Notes under the pieces: model-generated
Database searches by the model: none
What the model saw: the letters and a program-made list of their open reading frames with translations, nothing else
Told to the model about the DNA's origin: nothing
Made by a program: the position numbers and the translations under genes
Source of the DNA: Candidatus Heimdallarchaeota archaeon
GTDB taxonomy: Archaea; Asgardarchaeota; Heimdallarchaeia; JABLTI01
Direction: 5' to 3'
DNA length: 52,318 nucleotides
Assembly: GCA_019058275.1 (NCBI GenBank)
Contig: JAHLVW010000022.1
Coordinates: 1-52,318, forward strand
In this document: positions 1-11,540 of the stretch, in pieces
Layout of the letters: every line of letters starts with the position of its first letter
How positions within the stretch are numbered: the stretch's first letter is position 1

Positions 1-1000
1 GTCCATTAGTTTCATTACTCCAAACTTCTAATCCATCTTTATCCAAACAATAGATAATCCCACCAATTAAACCTTGATCATTACAGCTTACAATTACTTC
101 TAAATTACCATCCGCATCTAAATCACCTATTGCTGGGGCTGAATCTACAAAACCATTTGCCTTAAATTCCCAAACTTTGTCACCATTACTGTTTATACAT
201 GTAACATTATTACTCAAAGCTCCAAATACTATTTCAAGACCAGGATCAGATGTTATATCTGCAACAGAAGGTGAACAGTAAAATATTGGAGCACCAGCTG
301 AAAAGGTCCAGATTTCAGTACCATTTTCATCGAAGCAATAAACACTATCAGTCGCATCTAAAGAACAAATAATAACTTCCTTTTCACCATCCAGATTAAG
401 ATCAGCTATAGCTGCTGAGCCATATATTGGACCAGATAATAGTGAACTCCATGTTTCATTACCTGTGTTATCTAAACAATAAACATAAGAGTCTTCTGAA
501 CCAAAAATAATATCTAAATACCCATCTTGATCTAAATCTGCTATTGCTGGAGCAGAATCGATAGCTCCTGTAGGATCAGTAAAATTCCACAATGAGTTAC
601 CATTACTATCTAAACAATAGAGTTTGCCACTATTATCCCCAAATAGAATTTCTAAATCACCATCATCATCCAAATCGCCTACCGATGGAGCTGAATACTG
701 AATATCATTATCAGCATAGAAACTCCAAAGTTCTCTTCCATCCTCTTCCAAGCAATATAGATAGTTATCTAAGGAGCCAATTAAAACTTCATATATTCCG
801 TCTTTGTTAAGATCAACGATAGTTGGAGAAGAATATATTTGACCTGTACTATCAAAAGACCAATTTTGCGATTTACCTATTACTAAAATTCCTACAGATT
901 GATATTTTTCATCATTTGGCTTTCTAAGAATATTTTCGTTGAAAGCAATAACAGAAATAACTAACAAAGTAACTAGAACTAATGATTTTTTATTTTTCAT
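1..1000 (-). CDS. FG-GAP/PQQ-like repeat beta-propeller surface protein (5' part; runs off the left edge)
   Basis: Absent from the ORF track because no stop lies in the window. Manual translation from ATG at 1000: MKNKKSLVLVTLLVISVIAF (signal peptide)...WSFDSTGQIYSSPTIVDLNKDGIYEVLIGSLDNYLYCL...APSVGDLDDDGDLEILFG. Same repeat as 28471-30294 and 31122-32795. Confidence 0.9.
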   Translation of the reverse strand, partial: MKNKKSLVLVTLLVISVIAFNENILRKPNDEKYQSVGILVIGKSQNWSFDSTGQIYSSPTIVDLNKDGIYEVLIGSLDNYLYCLEEDGRELWSFYADNDIQYSAPSVGDLDDDGDLEILFGDNSGKLYCLDSNGNSLWNFTDPTGAIDSAPAIADLDQDGYLDIIFGSEDSYVYCLDNTGNETWSSLLSGPIYGSAAIADLNLDGEKEVIICSLDATDSVYCFDENGTEIWTFSAGAPIFYCSPSVADITSDPGLEIVFGALSNNVTCINSNGDKVWEFKANGFVDSAPAIGDLDADGNLEVIVSCNDQGLIGGIIYCLDKDGLEVWSNETNG

Positions 1001-1226
1001 TTTTAGAATCTCCTAGGAAGAGTTGATTTATAATAGCTACAACTTCTTTATAATCTCAAGATTAGCTATATCTTCTTTTCAACCTTTATAGCATTTTTGA
1101 AATTGTCAAATTCCGTACTAAATTCTTCTTTTAAACAAATTAAAACATCGCGCAAAATACATGAAAAAACAAAAACTATTTCTGTAGTGAATTCTTTCAT
1201 TTTCAGCATTAAAGAAAACGGTTGAA

Positions 1227-2240
1227 ATGATTTTGAAGAAAGTGGTAATTGCTGGAACAATACGAGCAGATAATGGACTGCCAATGGGCATAAAAATGCT
1301 AATGGAAGATAGAAGTGCTATAGATGCAGTTGAAGAAACCATCAAAATGGTAGAAGATAATACTGATGATTGGACAGTTGGTTCAGGGGGATTACCTAAT
1401 CTTCTTGGCGAGGTAGAATTAGACGCTTCTATAATGGATGGTCGAACACTGAAAGCAGGAGCAGTTGCTGGAATTAAAGGTTATAAGAATCCTATTTCAG
1501 TTGCTAGAAAGATTATGGAAGAAACACCCCATGTTCTCTTAGTAGGAGAGGGAGCAGAACAGTTTGCTCAAGTCATGGGTTGCGAAAAAGCAGATTTGCT
1601 TACAGAGAATACAAGAGATCTGCATAGGGACTTTTTAGAAGGTAAAGGAATCATCGAAAAATCCTATGATACAGAAGAAACAATGAAGACAAAGGAACGC
1701 TACTTCAAATCTTTTCAACGAATGGTAAAAGATAGCAATTTAATGGAATGGTATGATAGATACGTTCACAGCAATCATGGGACAGTAAATATTCTAGCTA
1801 AAGACAGTAATGGTGACATTTGTTGTGGTGTGTCTACAAGTGGATTGTCATTTAAATTTCCAGGTAGAGCAGGAGATTCACCGATAATAGGTGCAGGTAA
1901 CTATGCAGATAATCGTTACGGTGCTGCTGCATGTGTCGGTGTTGGGGAACTAGTAATGCGATTAGCATTAGCACGAATAGCTGTATATGAACTATCAAAA
2001 GGAGCAACTGCAGAAGAAGCAGCAATAAATGCAATAAAATCGATGGTAGATTTAGCACCAGATAAAGGATCAGTTTCAATTTTAGTGATGGATAAAGAAG
2101 GAAATGTTGTTGCAGCATGCAATTGGAAAGATTATTACTATTGGTTAGCAACCAGTGAAAATCCAACACCAGAGAAAAAAGATTGTATTTTCGTAGATTT
2201 AGAACTTTTAGAAAAAGATGGTGTGGGATATCATCGCTAG
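1227..2240 (+). CDS. Ntn-hydrolase asparaginase family 2 (glycosylasparaginase / isoaspartyl peptidase)
   Basis: VELDASIMDG, GAVAG..NPISVAR, HGTV (autocleavage Thr), STSG, GRAGDSPIIGAG motifs. Confidence 0.92.
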   Translation: MILKKVVIAGTIRADNGLPMGIKMLMEDRSAIDAVEETIKMVEDNTDDWTVGSGGLPNLLGEVELDASIMDGRTLKAGAVAGIKGYKNPISVARKIMEETPHVLLVGEGAEQFAQVMGCEKADLLTENTRDLHRDFLEGKGIIEKSYDTEETMKTKERYFKSFQRMVKDSNLMEWYDRYVHSNHGTVNILAKDSNGDICCGVSTSGLSFKFPGRAGDSPIIGAGNYADNRYGAAACVGVGELVMRLALARIAVYELSKGATAEEAAINAIKSMVDLAPDKGSVSILVMDKEGNVVAACNWKDYYYWLATSENPTPEKKDCIFVDLELLEKDGVGYHR

Positions 2241-2264
2241 AAACAAGAAAAAAAGAAAGAATTA

Positions 2265-2284
2265 GAGACGTTATCTAACGTCTC
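2265..2284 (-). terminator. Hairpin GAGACGTTA-TC-TAACGTCTC followed by a U-rich tract on the minus strand
   Basis: Perfect 9-bp inverted repeat 8 nt after the LVIVD-1 stop; identical 20-mer at 5178-5197. Confidence 0.65.
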
Positions 2285-2292
2285 AAGTTTTG

Positions 2293-5032
2293 CTATCGCG
2301 TTGGAACTTTTCGTTTTCTTACCATTACAAAGACAACTATGATAACAGCAATGAGTACTAAGCCACCACCTATAATGACATAAACCCACCATGGAACATT
2401 CGTTGCTGGGATTTCTACTGTGATATCTACGACATCGCTCCAATCACTGGCAAGACCAAAATCGTCTACAGCCCGGGCTCGGAAGTAATACGTTCCATCC
2501 GTTAATCCAGTTACTTCTTGTGATAACCCAGAAGCATTGTAATCAGTTGGTGTAGCGAATCCAATTTCACTATCTACTTGCAATTCGTAGTGATCAATTG
2601 TTCCATCATCTGTGCTTGCATTCCACGTTATTACAACGCTACTATCATTGATAACATTCCCAGGATCGTAAATACCTGGAATTGTTGGTTGTTCATTGTA
2701 GAAGTAATCAATTGTTATTTCATATAAACGAGCACTTTGATCCCTTGGTCTAGTAAATTCTGCTCTCCAACGAAGGTCATTACCAGGATTGGCAAAAATA
2801 TGTTCAACACCTGAAACAACTGCTTCCCAGTGTGCTCCTCCATCAGCAGACATGAAATATTCGATATATGTTCCTAATGGAATTCGATCGTCTTTGTCCA
2901 ATGTTGCTCTATAAATGATATCATCTCCAGAATCAATTTCAAGAGATTGAGCAAAGGAAGTGCCAGGAATGAAAGTATCAGCAGCACTGCAGAAATGTCG
3001 AAGAGTTACAAGAGATGTTTGATTAGCAACGTATGTGTAATCTCCTGATGCAGTAACTTGTATAGCTCCAGAAGGAGCTGAATAGTTACTATGTAGTTTA
3101 AAGTCATAAACATCAGTTATATTATAGAGTCGAACTCCTTTTGTTAATTCAGCACTCATAGTATATCTGCCAAAATTCCATACACCCCATGAAGTAGTTG
3201 TTTCATAATCTGGATAGGTGATTGATGTTGGATCAGAAACATTGTGAACTGCTAACCATCCACCAGCACCAAGATATGCTAAATCACCAACGACTTGAAT
3301 ATCATACATAGGTGTAGTTCTTAGCAAGCTATCATCTAAAGCAGGACTAGTAAAATCAGTTACTTTATAACAACTGAATGTATCAGAACCAGCAGAAACT
3401 CCTTCGACCATATAAACATGTGTACCTTGAGTCCAAATAGCAGTATTATTTTGATGAATACCAGGGATGTAATTTACTAATATATCATTCACTGAATGAT
3501 CTGTAACGTTCCATATTGTGAAACCTGTAGTAAATGACGCATACATAATTTCTCCATGAACAAACACATCATGAAAACCACTGCCAAGAAAGTAATTTAT
3601 TTCTTTAATATCTGTTGGATCTGAAACATCGAAAATGAATGGACCAGCTTTGCATATTGCGTAAAGGAATTTTCCATTGATATCAAGTTTTCTTATATCA
3701 TAACCTGGTCCAGTGATATAATTGTCTAGTAATATTGGTTGTAGTGGATTTCTAACATCAACGGCGTATACTCCATCTTCTCCACCAGCAATATAAGCAA
3801 TGCCATCAACCACTCTTACATCCCAGATTTCTGGTGCTTCGAATGGATTTGGGTACCATGAATTGCTAAAATTAGCCATGTAACCAATTTGAACGGAGTA
3901 AATACCATCTTGTGTTCCAGCAATTAAATCTCCGCCAAAAAGTGCGACATCATAAGTGTATGGTATTGGTGATATTTCTGTTACGACTGAGATATGATGT
4001 GGATCAAATACATCACAGACTTGCACTTTTCCAGCACCATCAGCAATGAAAAGTGTTCTACCTTGTTTGACTAATTTTTGTGCATGACCGGGAGTATCAT
4101 AAGTACTTGTTATTGTTGGATTTGTAGGATCGCGGATATCAATAACATGCACACCTGCTGGACCATCAGCTAAGTAAGCAAATCCTCCATCAACAATAAC
4201 ATCAGTAGCGTTACCTGGTGTATCAATATATCCAATTTCAGTTGGGTGTGCTTTATTTGTAATATTAAGCATATAGAATCCTTCTGTACTAGCAGCAATA
4301 TAAGCTACTCCACCATTTACTGTTAATCCTAATGACAGATTACAATCCCAAGCACAGCTAACATACGAACCTACAACAAAAGGATTTTCTAGGTCCACGT
4401 AACGCAATGATCGATTACCATCATCATTGAATGAAGTATAGTATGCAAGATGACCATATAGTTCAATATCAGTGACAAAATTGTCTGAACCATGCACCCA
4501 CTTCCATTGTGGATTAAAGGGATCTGTAACATCTTGAATGACTATTGCATCACTAACCATTGTATGAAACTGTCCTGCAACTAGTGTGTCTCCTTCAACA
4601 TCAATAGCTTTAGTTTGCATGAATGATGCATCATCTTCAACTCCTTGAAGTTTAATGTCGGAAAGGTCATTGATATTTAGAATGGTGACTGCATCAGTTT
4701 GAGATGTATTGTACAGCCCTAAGTAAGCTTTTCTACCTTGAACTTCTACATCAACAACTGGTGATTCGGTATAATAGTGATCTAAGATATCCCAGGAAAA
4801 ATCACGTTCATTAGTAACTGTTCCTGTCCCCCACCCAAAAGCGGTGCTCGCACCGTCTAAATAGGTTGTGTCTTCGAAATCCTCAGCAAAGGCACCAAAG
4901 CTCTTTTTTGAGAATTCGCTATTAGTAAAAAAATTTTGCGTTCCAGTCAAAGAAGGAACAAAGATACTTGTGAGCGAGAATAAGCTTAGCACCCACAAAG
5001 TGAGAAAAAAATCTTATCCTTAATGAATCCAT
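2293..5032 (-). CDS. LVIVD-repeat beta-propeller + FN3 + C-terminal TM surface protein (paralogue 1)
   Basis: ORF 2293-4998 has repeated AYLADG..GVHVIDI units, FN3 (YYFRARAVD..G.S.WS), TM and RKRKVPTR tail. ATG at 5032 gives a full signal peptide (MDSLRIRFFLTLWVLSLF) if one base is removed from the A7 tract at 5005-5011. Confidence 0.88.
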
Positions 5033-5177
5033 TTTAAACCCTCATATATATAAAAATATATGATAATAAACAGACAAATGATTTATAATAAAAGAGTATC
5101 GAAAAAGGACATCTTAATATCTAATATAGCACAAATTTTTTTTGAAAAATTAGATTTGAGAAAAAAAGAAAGAAATG

Positions 5178-5197
5178 GAGACGTTATCTAACGTCTC
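5178..5197 (-). terminator. Hairpin identical to 2265-2284, plus U-rich tract
   Basis: GAGACGTTATCTAACGTCTC 8 nt after the LVIVD-2 stop. Confidence 0.65.
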
Positions 5198-5205
5198 ATG
5201 TTTTA

Positions 5206-7969
5206 CTATCTTGTTACTACCTTGCGTTTTCTTACGACAACTATCACAACAACAATTGCTATTATTAATAGAAGTCCACCACCAGCAATGACATAAGCCC
5301 ACCAAGGTATATTAATTGCTGAGATATCTATATCAAGGTCTACAATATCACTCCAAGAACCTGGTAATCCATAATTGTCAACCGCTCGAACTCTGAAATA
5401 GTATGTTCCACTCGTTAAATCAGAAACTACTTGTGAAAGGTCAGATGTATTCCAACTATCAAATGGTGTAGCAAAGGATGTTTCATTATCAACTTGTAGT
5501 TCATAATGATCAATTGTTCCATCGTCTGTGCTTGCAGTCCAGTTTATCATTACACTGCTTACCTCACTTACATCTCCAGGGTCAGAAAGTGTAGGTTCAC
5601 TTGGAGGTTCGTTGTAATCATAATCAATTTCTATCTCATAAATATGAGAACTTCGATCGCTTGGTCCAGCTATTACTGCATGCCAGCGAAGATCGTTGCC
5701 AGGATTTGCGAATATGTGTTTAACGCCAGGAATGACTGCTTCCCAATGAGTACCAGCATCAGCTGACATGAGATAATTAATGTTGGAACCATCAGGAATA
5801 AAGTCAACAGAATCAAGTGTTGCATTATAAATCATCAAATCTGTGGAATCAATTTCAGTAGATTGTGCTATTTGAGTTCCTGGAATGAAGGTTGCTCCAG
5901 CACTCTCAAAATGACGCAAAATAATCAAAGAGGTTTTGTTTGCAACATACGTGTAATCACCATGCGTTGAAACTTGCAATGCACTTGTAGCATCTGAATA
6001 AGTGCTGATTATTGGGGCAAAATTAACATCAGTGTTATTAACTAAAGATACCCCCTCAAAAGAATCTGCACTAATACAATAGGGACCAAATCCCCATGCA
6101 CCATAAGATTCACCATTTGTCCAAGCAAAAGGAGGGAAGAATGGATTAGTAGGATCTGATAAATTATAAACTATCATCCAATCTTTATCGGATGTATAGG
6201 CTATATCACCATCTACAAATATATCATAAAATTGGGCATCTACTGATTCTGATCCTACTAAGATTTCATTAGCAATATCTGAAATATCATAAACGTAAAG
6301 ACATGTTGTTATGGGACCACCAGCGATATTTTCCACTACATATAAATTAGGACCTTGAACCCAAAGAGCAGTCACATTAGTAAAGATGTCAAAGAAACTA
6401 TAGACTCCAGGAATGTTGTATGGGTCAGTTATATTAAAGATATAAATACCATAAGGTCCATCAGCCACGTAAGCCATGTCACCTGAAACGACAACATCAG
6501 TAGGCATATGTAAGAACAATATTGTCCATCAATTGGATATTTGTGGGATCACTGACATCATAGATACGCAAACCACCACTAGGAAGTCCATAATCAGCAA
6601 CGTATGCATAGTTTCCTCGAACATCTAGCTTTCGGTAGTAGGGATCAACTCCTTCGACAATTTGGTCCAGCAAGATTGGGTAATTTGGATTACTAACATC
6701 TAAAGTATATAATCCGTCTGAACCACCAACAACGTAAGCAATATTTCCTTGAACTCGAACATCTGTAGCATTTAGTGTTGAAAATGGATTATCATACCAC
6801 ATACTTGAAAAGTCACCAACAAAACCAATATGATAAGTATATACACCACTAGCTGTGCCTACAACTAAATCTCCACCATAAAGGTCTAAGTCATAAACAT
6901 AAGGAAGTGGTTGCATCTCAGTTACGAATAGTGGATTAGACGGGTCTGCAACATCTAATACTTGAACACCACCAGTACCATCTGCAACGAAAAGAGTATT
7001 TCCTTGTTTTACCAGACGTCTTGCATTGCCAGGAGTATTATAGCTACCTACTATCGTAGGATTGTTAGGATTTCTAACATCAATTACATGCACACCTTCA
7101 GAACCATCTGCAAGATATGCTAATCCACCATCAACGATAACATCAGTAGCATTTCCTGGAGTATCAACAAATCCATATTCAAATGATCTATGCTTATTGG
7201 CAATATTAAGAACATAGAATCCTTCAAAACTAGCAGCAACATAAGCAATATCTCCTTCAACTTCTAATCCCAATGCTTGATCTGATGTCCAATTATTATT
7301 TATGTTCACCAAATTAGCAGGATCTTCAGCGTCAAGTACTCCAATTGATTTACCATCAGATGCTCCATATTCTGTAAAGTAAACTAAATTCCCCTCAGCA
7401 TCGATATCGGTTACTAGTCCACTAGTAACTATATTATCATACCATCCAATATTGTATGGATCCGTAGCATCATATGTCATAAGAAATTGTGCTGGAGTTA
7501 TAGCAAAATCCTTTCCTACATAAATAACGTCGCCATCTACATCTATAGTCATAGTCCCACTATAAATGTTCATTGTGTCTGTAACTTGTAGGTTATACAT
7601 GTCACTTAAATCAATTATTTTTAAGTCATCTATTGGACTTGCATAATCTAGACATGCAATGTATGCTTTCCTTCCTTGTACTTCCAATCCAGTTACTGGA
7701 TTAGGAGTAGCCAAGAAATCCAATAATTCCCAAGTATAATTTCTTGGTTTTAAAACAGTACCAGATCCCCAACCATAAGCATCTGTAGCACCGCCATCTC
7801 TAAAGGTTGTTGTAGTAAAATCCTCAGTAAAGGTATCAGAACTTTTTACATTTAGGAAGTTACTGTAATTATCAGAAATAGCACTTGCAGGTAAAAATAA
7901 CACCATGGTTATAGGAAATAGTAAAATGACAAAAAGTGCAAAGCACTTCAATAATGCTTTAGAATTCAT
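5206..7969 (-). pseudogene. LVIVD-repeat + FN3 + TM surface protein (paralogue 2), split by a 1-nt frameshift near 6503
   Basis: ORFs 6497-7969 and 5206-6519 are colinear with paralogues 1 and 3. Removing one base from tat-gcc-tac-tga restores ..LTY-A-TDVVVSGD. May be an assembly error. Confidence 0.85.
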
Positions 7970-7994
7970 AATTGTATTACTCTCAATTTAATTT

Positions 7995-8006
7995 TATAAA
8001 AGATAC
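7995..8006 (-). promoter_or_regulatory. TATA-containing element GTATCTTTTATA
   Basis: Identical 12-mer at 10870-10881; both end 26 nt before an ATG. Confidence 0.6.
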
Positions 8007-8068
8007 GATGGGTGATAAAAGATAAAAGGCTTTCGTAGAGATCAAAACAATGGTTAAAATAAAAGAAA

Positions 8069-8091
8069 AAAGATGCTAAGAATGCATCTTT
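8069..8091 (-). terminator. Hairpin AAAGATGC-N7-GCATCTTT plus U tract
   Basis: 8-bp inverted repeat just after the LVIVD-3 stop. Confidence 0.55.
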
Positions 8092-8099
8092 GTGTAAAA

Positions 8100-10844
8100 T
8101 TATCTTGTTGGAGTTCTTTTCTTCCGACGAACGACCAGAGAAATAACTACTATTAAGACCACTATTACTAGTAATCCTCCGCCTATAATAAGACCAATCC
8201 ATAAAGTAGCTAGTTTAACAGTTGTTGATTCAACATTGCTCCAATCGCTTACTACACCATAATTGTCAACAGCCCGTACCCGGAAGAAGAATGTTCCTTT
8301 GCCTAAACCGAATACCGATTTACTAGTTCCTTGTGCAGTCATATTCTTTAGAATAGTACCAAATGTATTCGAATCACTTATTTGAAGTTCATAATGGTCA
8401 ACATTATCGTCAGTATCGTTACTTTCACTCCATTCTAACTTGAAAATACCAGTGAACTTCTCAGCACCTAATGCAGTAAGTGTAGGAATAGAAGGTGAAT
8501 AATTAATAGTATAATCTATTGACATAGCATAAATGTGAACACTGCGATCTTTTGGACCAGTAATGACTACGCGCCAACGTAAATCATAACCTGAATCATT
8601 GAAGACATGAGCTACTCCTAGAGTTACAACTTCCCAAGTTGTTCCACCGTCTACAGACATGGAATATTCAACAGTAGTTCCAGCTGGAACGTAATGTCCA
8701 ACATCAAGAGTTGCTTCAGAAACTAAACCGGGAACATTAACCTTCAAAGATTGAGCAGTTGTTGTATCAGCAATATAAGTATCTCCTGCGCTTTCAAAGT
8801 GACGGAGAATAACCAAACTTGTTTTGTTAGCTACGTAAGTGTAATCCCCATGAGTTGTTACTTGTAACGCATTTGTAGCATTTGGATAGATGCTCATTCT
8901 GGGATCAATAGCATATGGATTATTACAATTGACCATTGACACACCCTCATCCGAATCTGCACTGAGACAGTAAGGACCAAATCCCCAAACACCAAGAGAA
9001 TTTCCAAAAGTGAAAGTAGTGAAATAGGGACCAACTGGATTAGTAACATTGTAAAGTATCATCCATGCTTTATCTGCTGTATACGCCACATCACCATCAA
9101 CATATATATCATTGAATTGGGCATCTACACTTGCTGATCCTATAAAAACAGGAGCAGCGAGATTGGTAATGTCATAGATATAGAGACTATTTACTATTGG
9201 ACCACCTGGTATATTATCTACCACGTACAAATGCACTCCTTGTACCCAAATAGCAGTAAGATTCGCAGTACCAATAAAATTATTCGAAAGAACAACAGGG
9301 ACATATGGATTAGAGATATTTAATATAGCAAAACCTGTTGTAAAGGATACGAACTCCAATTCGCCTATAGAGAACATATCTTCTAATAATCCTCCAATAG
9401 TAAAGCTCCTAAATTCAATATCGGAGGGATCTGAAATATCAAAGAGATAGATACCACTGTCATCAACACAGTGAGCGAAATTTCCATCAACATCTAGTTT
9501 CTTAAAACTTTCAGATGGAGCTATTGTAAAGTGATCAAGAAGAATCGGATTGTTTGGATCTTGTACATTTAATGTATAAAATCCATCAGGACCTCCAGCA
9601 ATATAAGCGATATCTCCTTTAACTCTGACATCCCAAACTTGTAGGTCTGAAAAGGTATTTTCGTAAGCATAGTGCTTCAGATTTGTCACTCCTAAACCAG
9701 CGCAAATGTTGAAAGTGTAGACACCTTCTTCTGTACCTACTACTAGGATTCCTCCATAGAGTTCCACACAGTAAGTATACTGTAGTGAACTATCAGAAAC
9801 ATATGAAGGATTATTCGGATCAGCAACATCTAAAACTAGTACACCACCAAGTCCGTCTGCGACAAACAAAGTTTTACCTTGTAAGACCAAATCTATAGCA
9901 TTTCCTGGAGTATCATATTGTCCCAATATTGCTATGTTAGTAGGATCTCTTACATCAATAGTAAATACACCTGCATCCCCTGCTGCAACATAAGCTATAC
10001 CACCATCAACAATAACATCAGTAACGTTACCAGATAATGCTAAATGATCACTCTCAACAGGATGGTGTTTGTTAGTAGCGTTTAAAACGTAGAATCCCTC
10101 ATCGCTAGCTGCAACGTAAACGATTTGTCCTTGAACAGCAAGTCCTAAAGCTTTATTTGAACCCCAATCACAAGTCACTAAATCTAGAAACAAGGGATCT
10201 TCAGTATTAAGAATTCGTAAAGATTTTCCACCAGTAGCATTATAGTTTACAAAGTAAATTAAATGCCCATTTGCTTCTATATCGGTGATAGCTCCATCTA
10301 GCAATCCCCACCCATTTGGATTTGTTGGATTGAAAGGATCAGAGATATCAAAAACAACAATGGAATAACCAACAACTGATACTTGTCCAGCATAGAGATA
10401 ATCTCCATTAGCTTCTACAGCCAACGTATTAATCCATGAATTTTCTCCACCTGTTTTTTTAATATCTGATGAATTTTCAAGATTCAGAATTGTAAGTGAA
10501 TCAATACCAGCTGTTGTGTTATACACACTCGCATAGGCTTTTTTGCCTTGAACATCTAGATCAACTACTGGATCTTCAGTTTCAAAATAGTCCAATTGCG
10601 ACCAAGAAAAGTTTCTTGTATTTGTAATTGTTCCAGTTCCCCATCCCCAAGCATCTGTTTCTCCAGCATCCATGTAAGTATCATTTGTAAAGTCTTCTAC
10701 AAAGATTTCATTTGCCATTTTTGTAATTCCTCCATATGAAGGAACTACTGCATTCGTTGAATTAGTCATTGTTAAACAAGTTGTTAAAGGGAGAATAATG
10801 ATTAGGAATAAGGAAATTAAAAATTGTTTATTACTAATTTTCAT
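8100..10844 (-). CDS. LVIVD-repeat + FN3 + TM surface protein (paralogue 3)
   Basis: Same architecture, tail RRKKRTPTR. Start placed at MKISNK (10844) from the signal peptide and promoter spacing; the ORF track starts at 10883. Confidence 0.9.
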   Translation of the reverse strand: MKISNKQFLISLFLIIILPLTTCLTMTNSTNAVVPSYGGITKMANEIFVEDFTNDTYMDAGETDAWGWGTGTITNTRNFSWSQLDYFETEDPVVDLDVQGKKAYASVYNTTAGIDSLTILNLENSSDIKKTGGENSWINTLAVEANGDYLYAGQVSVVGYSIVVFDISDPFNPTNPNGWGLLDGAITDIEANGHLIYFVNYNATGGKSLRILNTEDPLFLDLVTCDWGSNKALGLAVQGQIVYVAASDEGFYVLNATNKHHPVESDHLALSGNVTDVIVDGGIAYVAAGDAGVFTIDVRDPTNIAILGQYDTPGNAIDLVLQGKTLFVADGLGGVLVLDVADPNNPSYVSDSSLQYTYCVELYGGILVVGTEEGVYTFNICAGLGVTNLKHYAYENTFSDLQVWDVRVKGDIAYIAGGPDGFYTLNVQDPNNPILLDHFTIAPSESFKKLDVDGNFAHCVDDSGIYLFDISDPSDIEFRSFTIGGLLEDMFSIGELEFVSFTTGFAILNISNPYVPVVLSNNFIGTANLTAIWVQGVHLYVVDNIPGGPIVNSLYIYDITNLAAPVFIGSASVDAQFNDIYVDGDVAYTADKAWMILYNVTNPVGPYFTTFTFGNSLGVWGFGPYCLSADSDEGVSMVNCNNPYAIDPRMSIYPNATNALQVTTHGDYTYVANKTSLVILRHFESAGDTYIADTTTAQSLKVNVPGLVSEATLDVGHYVPAGTTVEYSMSVDGGTTWEVVTLGVAHVFNDSGYDLRWRVVITGPKDRSVHIYAMSIDYTINYSPSIPTLTALGAEKFTGIFKLEWSESNDTDDNVDHYELQISDSNTFGTILKNMTAQGTSKSVFGLGKGTFFFRVRAVDNYGVVSDWSNVESTTVKLATLWIGLIIGGGLLVIVVLIVVISLVVRRKKRTPTR

Positions 10845-10869
10845 TTTTAATTCAACCATAAAATAACTG

Positions 10870-10881
10870 TATAAAAGATAC
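10870..10881 (-). promoter_or_regulatory. TATA-containing element GTATCTTTTATA
   Basis: Matches 7995-8006 with the same spacing to the ATG. Confidence 0.6.
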
Positions 10882-11078
10882 ATTAGATAATAGATGATAA
10901 AAAATTATTGCACTTACCTTAAAAGGAACTATTGATTTTAGTTCCCTTTTAATAAAGACAAGATTTTTTACTATCTAAGATAATAATGAAACACCTAAAC
11001 GGTAAATTCAAATGAGGGATAATAATTAGCTCTGATGATACTAGTATTTATACAGCAGCTGCTCGAAAAGCTTTTGTT

Positions 11079-11540
11079 GTGAAGATTTCTGGTTCAGAAT
11101 CAAAAATGCTCCAAGAAAATGAGATTATGATTGGTTGGTCAAAAGTAGAAGGGTTGTTAGACGAATCCTTAACAAAAGAAGACTTTCGAGAAAAAGTACA
11201 GAAACAGTACTTTCCGTTGGAGGAACATAAAAGGAGAGCTGGGCAAGTTGCTGGGGATTTATGGCGATTTATTCGAGAGATGGCTCTCGAGCATTATGTT
11301 TTAGTTCAAACAGAAAAAGGGTTCTTTATTGGTAGGATTACTGGTCCAGCTACTTATGATGAAATGAAAATCTATAATGATACAGCATTTCGAAGAAAAG
11401 TTGAATGGTTAAATAACAAAGAACCGGTATCACAAGAAAAAACCCCAGAAGATTTACTAAAACGATTGAAGACCATTCAAGCAGTTATTGATGCAAGTGA
11501 TCTGTATCAAGAGATTGAATTTGCGTTAAGAATTTCATGA
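11079..11540 (+). CDS. Standalone N-terminal (PUA/EVE-like) domain of Mrr-cat-type restriction proteins, without nuclease domain
   Basis: IMIGW, AGQVAGDLWRFIREM...YVLV, IGRITG..YD, RRKVEWL pattern. Frame is open upstream to 11016. Confidence 0.65.
   Translation: MKISGSESKMLQENEIMIGWSKVEGLLDESLTKEDFREKVQKQYFPLEEHKRRAGQVAGDLWRFIREMALEHYVLVQTEKGFFIGRITGPATYDEMKIYNDTAFRRKVEWLNNKEPVSQEKTPEDLLKRLKTIQAVIDASDLYQEIEFALRIS

Noticed and set aside
2265-5197. Identical 20-bp palindromes as CRISPR repeats, transposon ends or a cloning scar (contain GAGACG/CGTCTC)
   Set aside because: Only two copies, 2.9 kb apart, each at the same offset from paralogous stop codons; explained by gene duplication.
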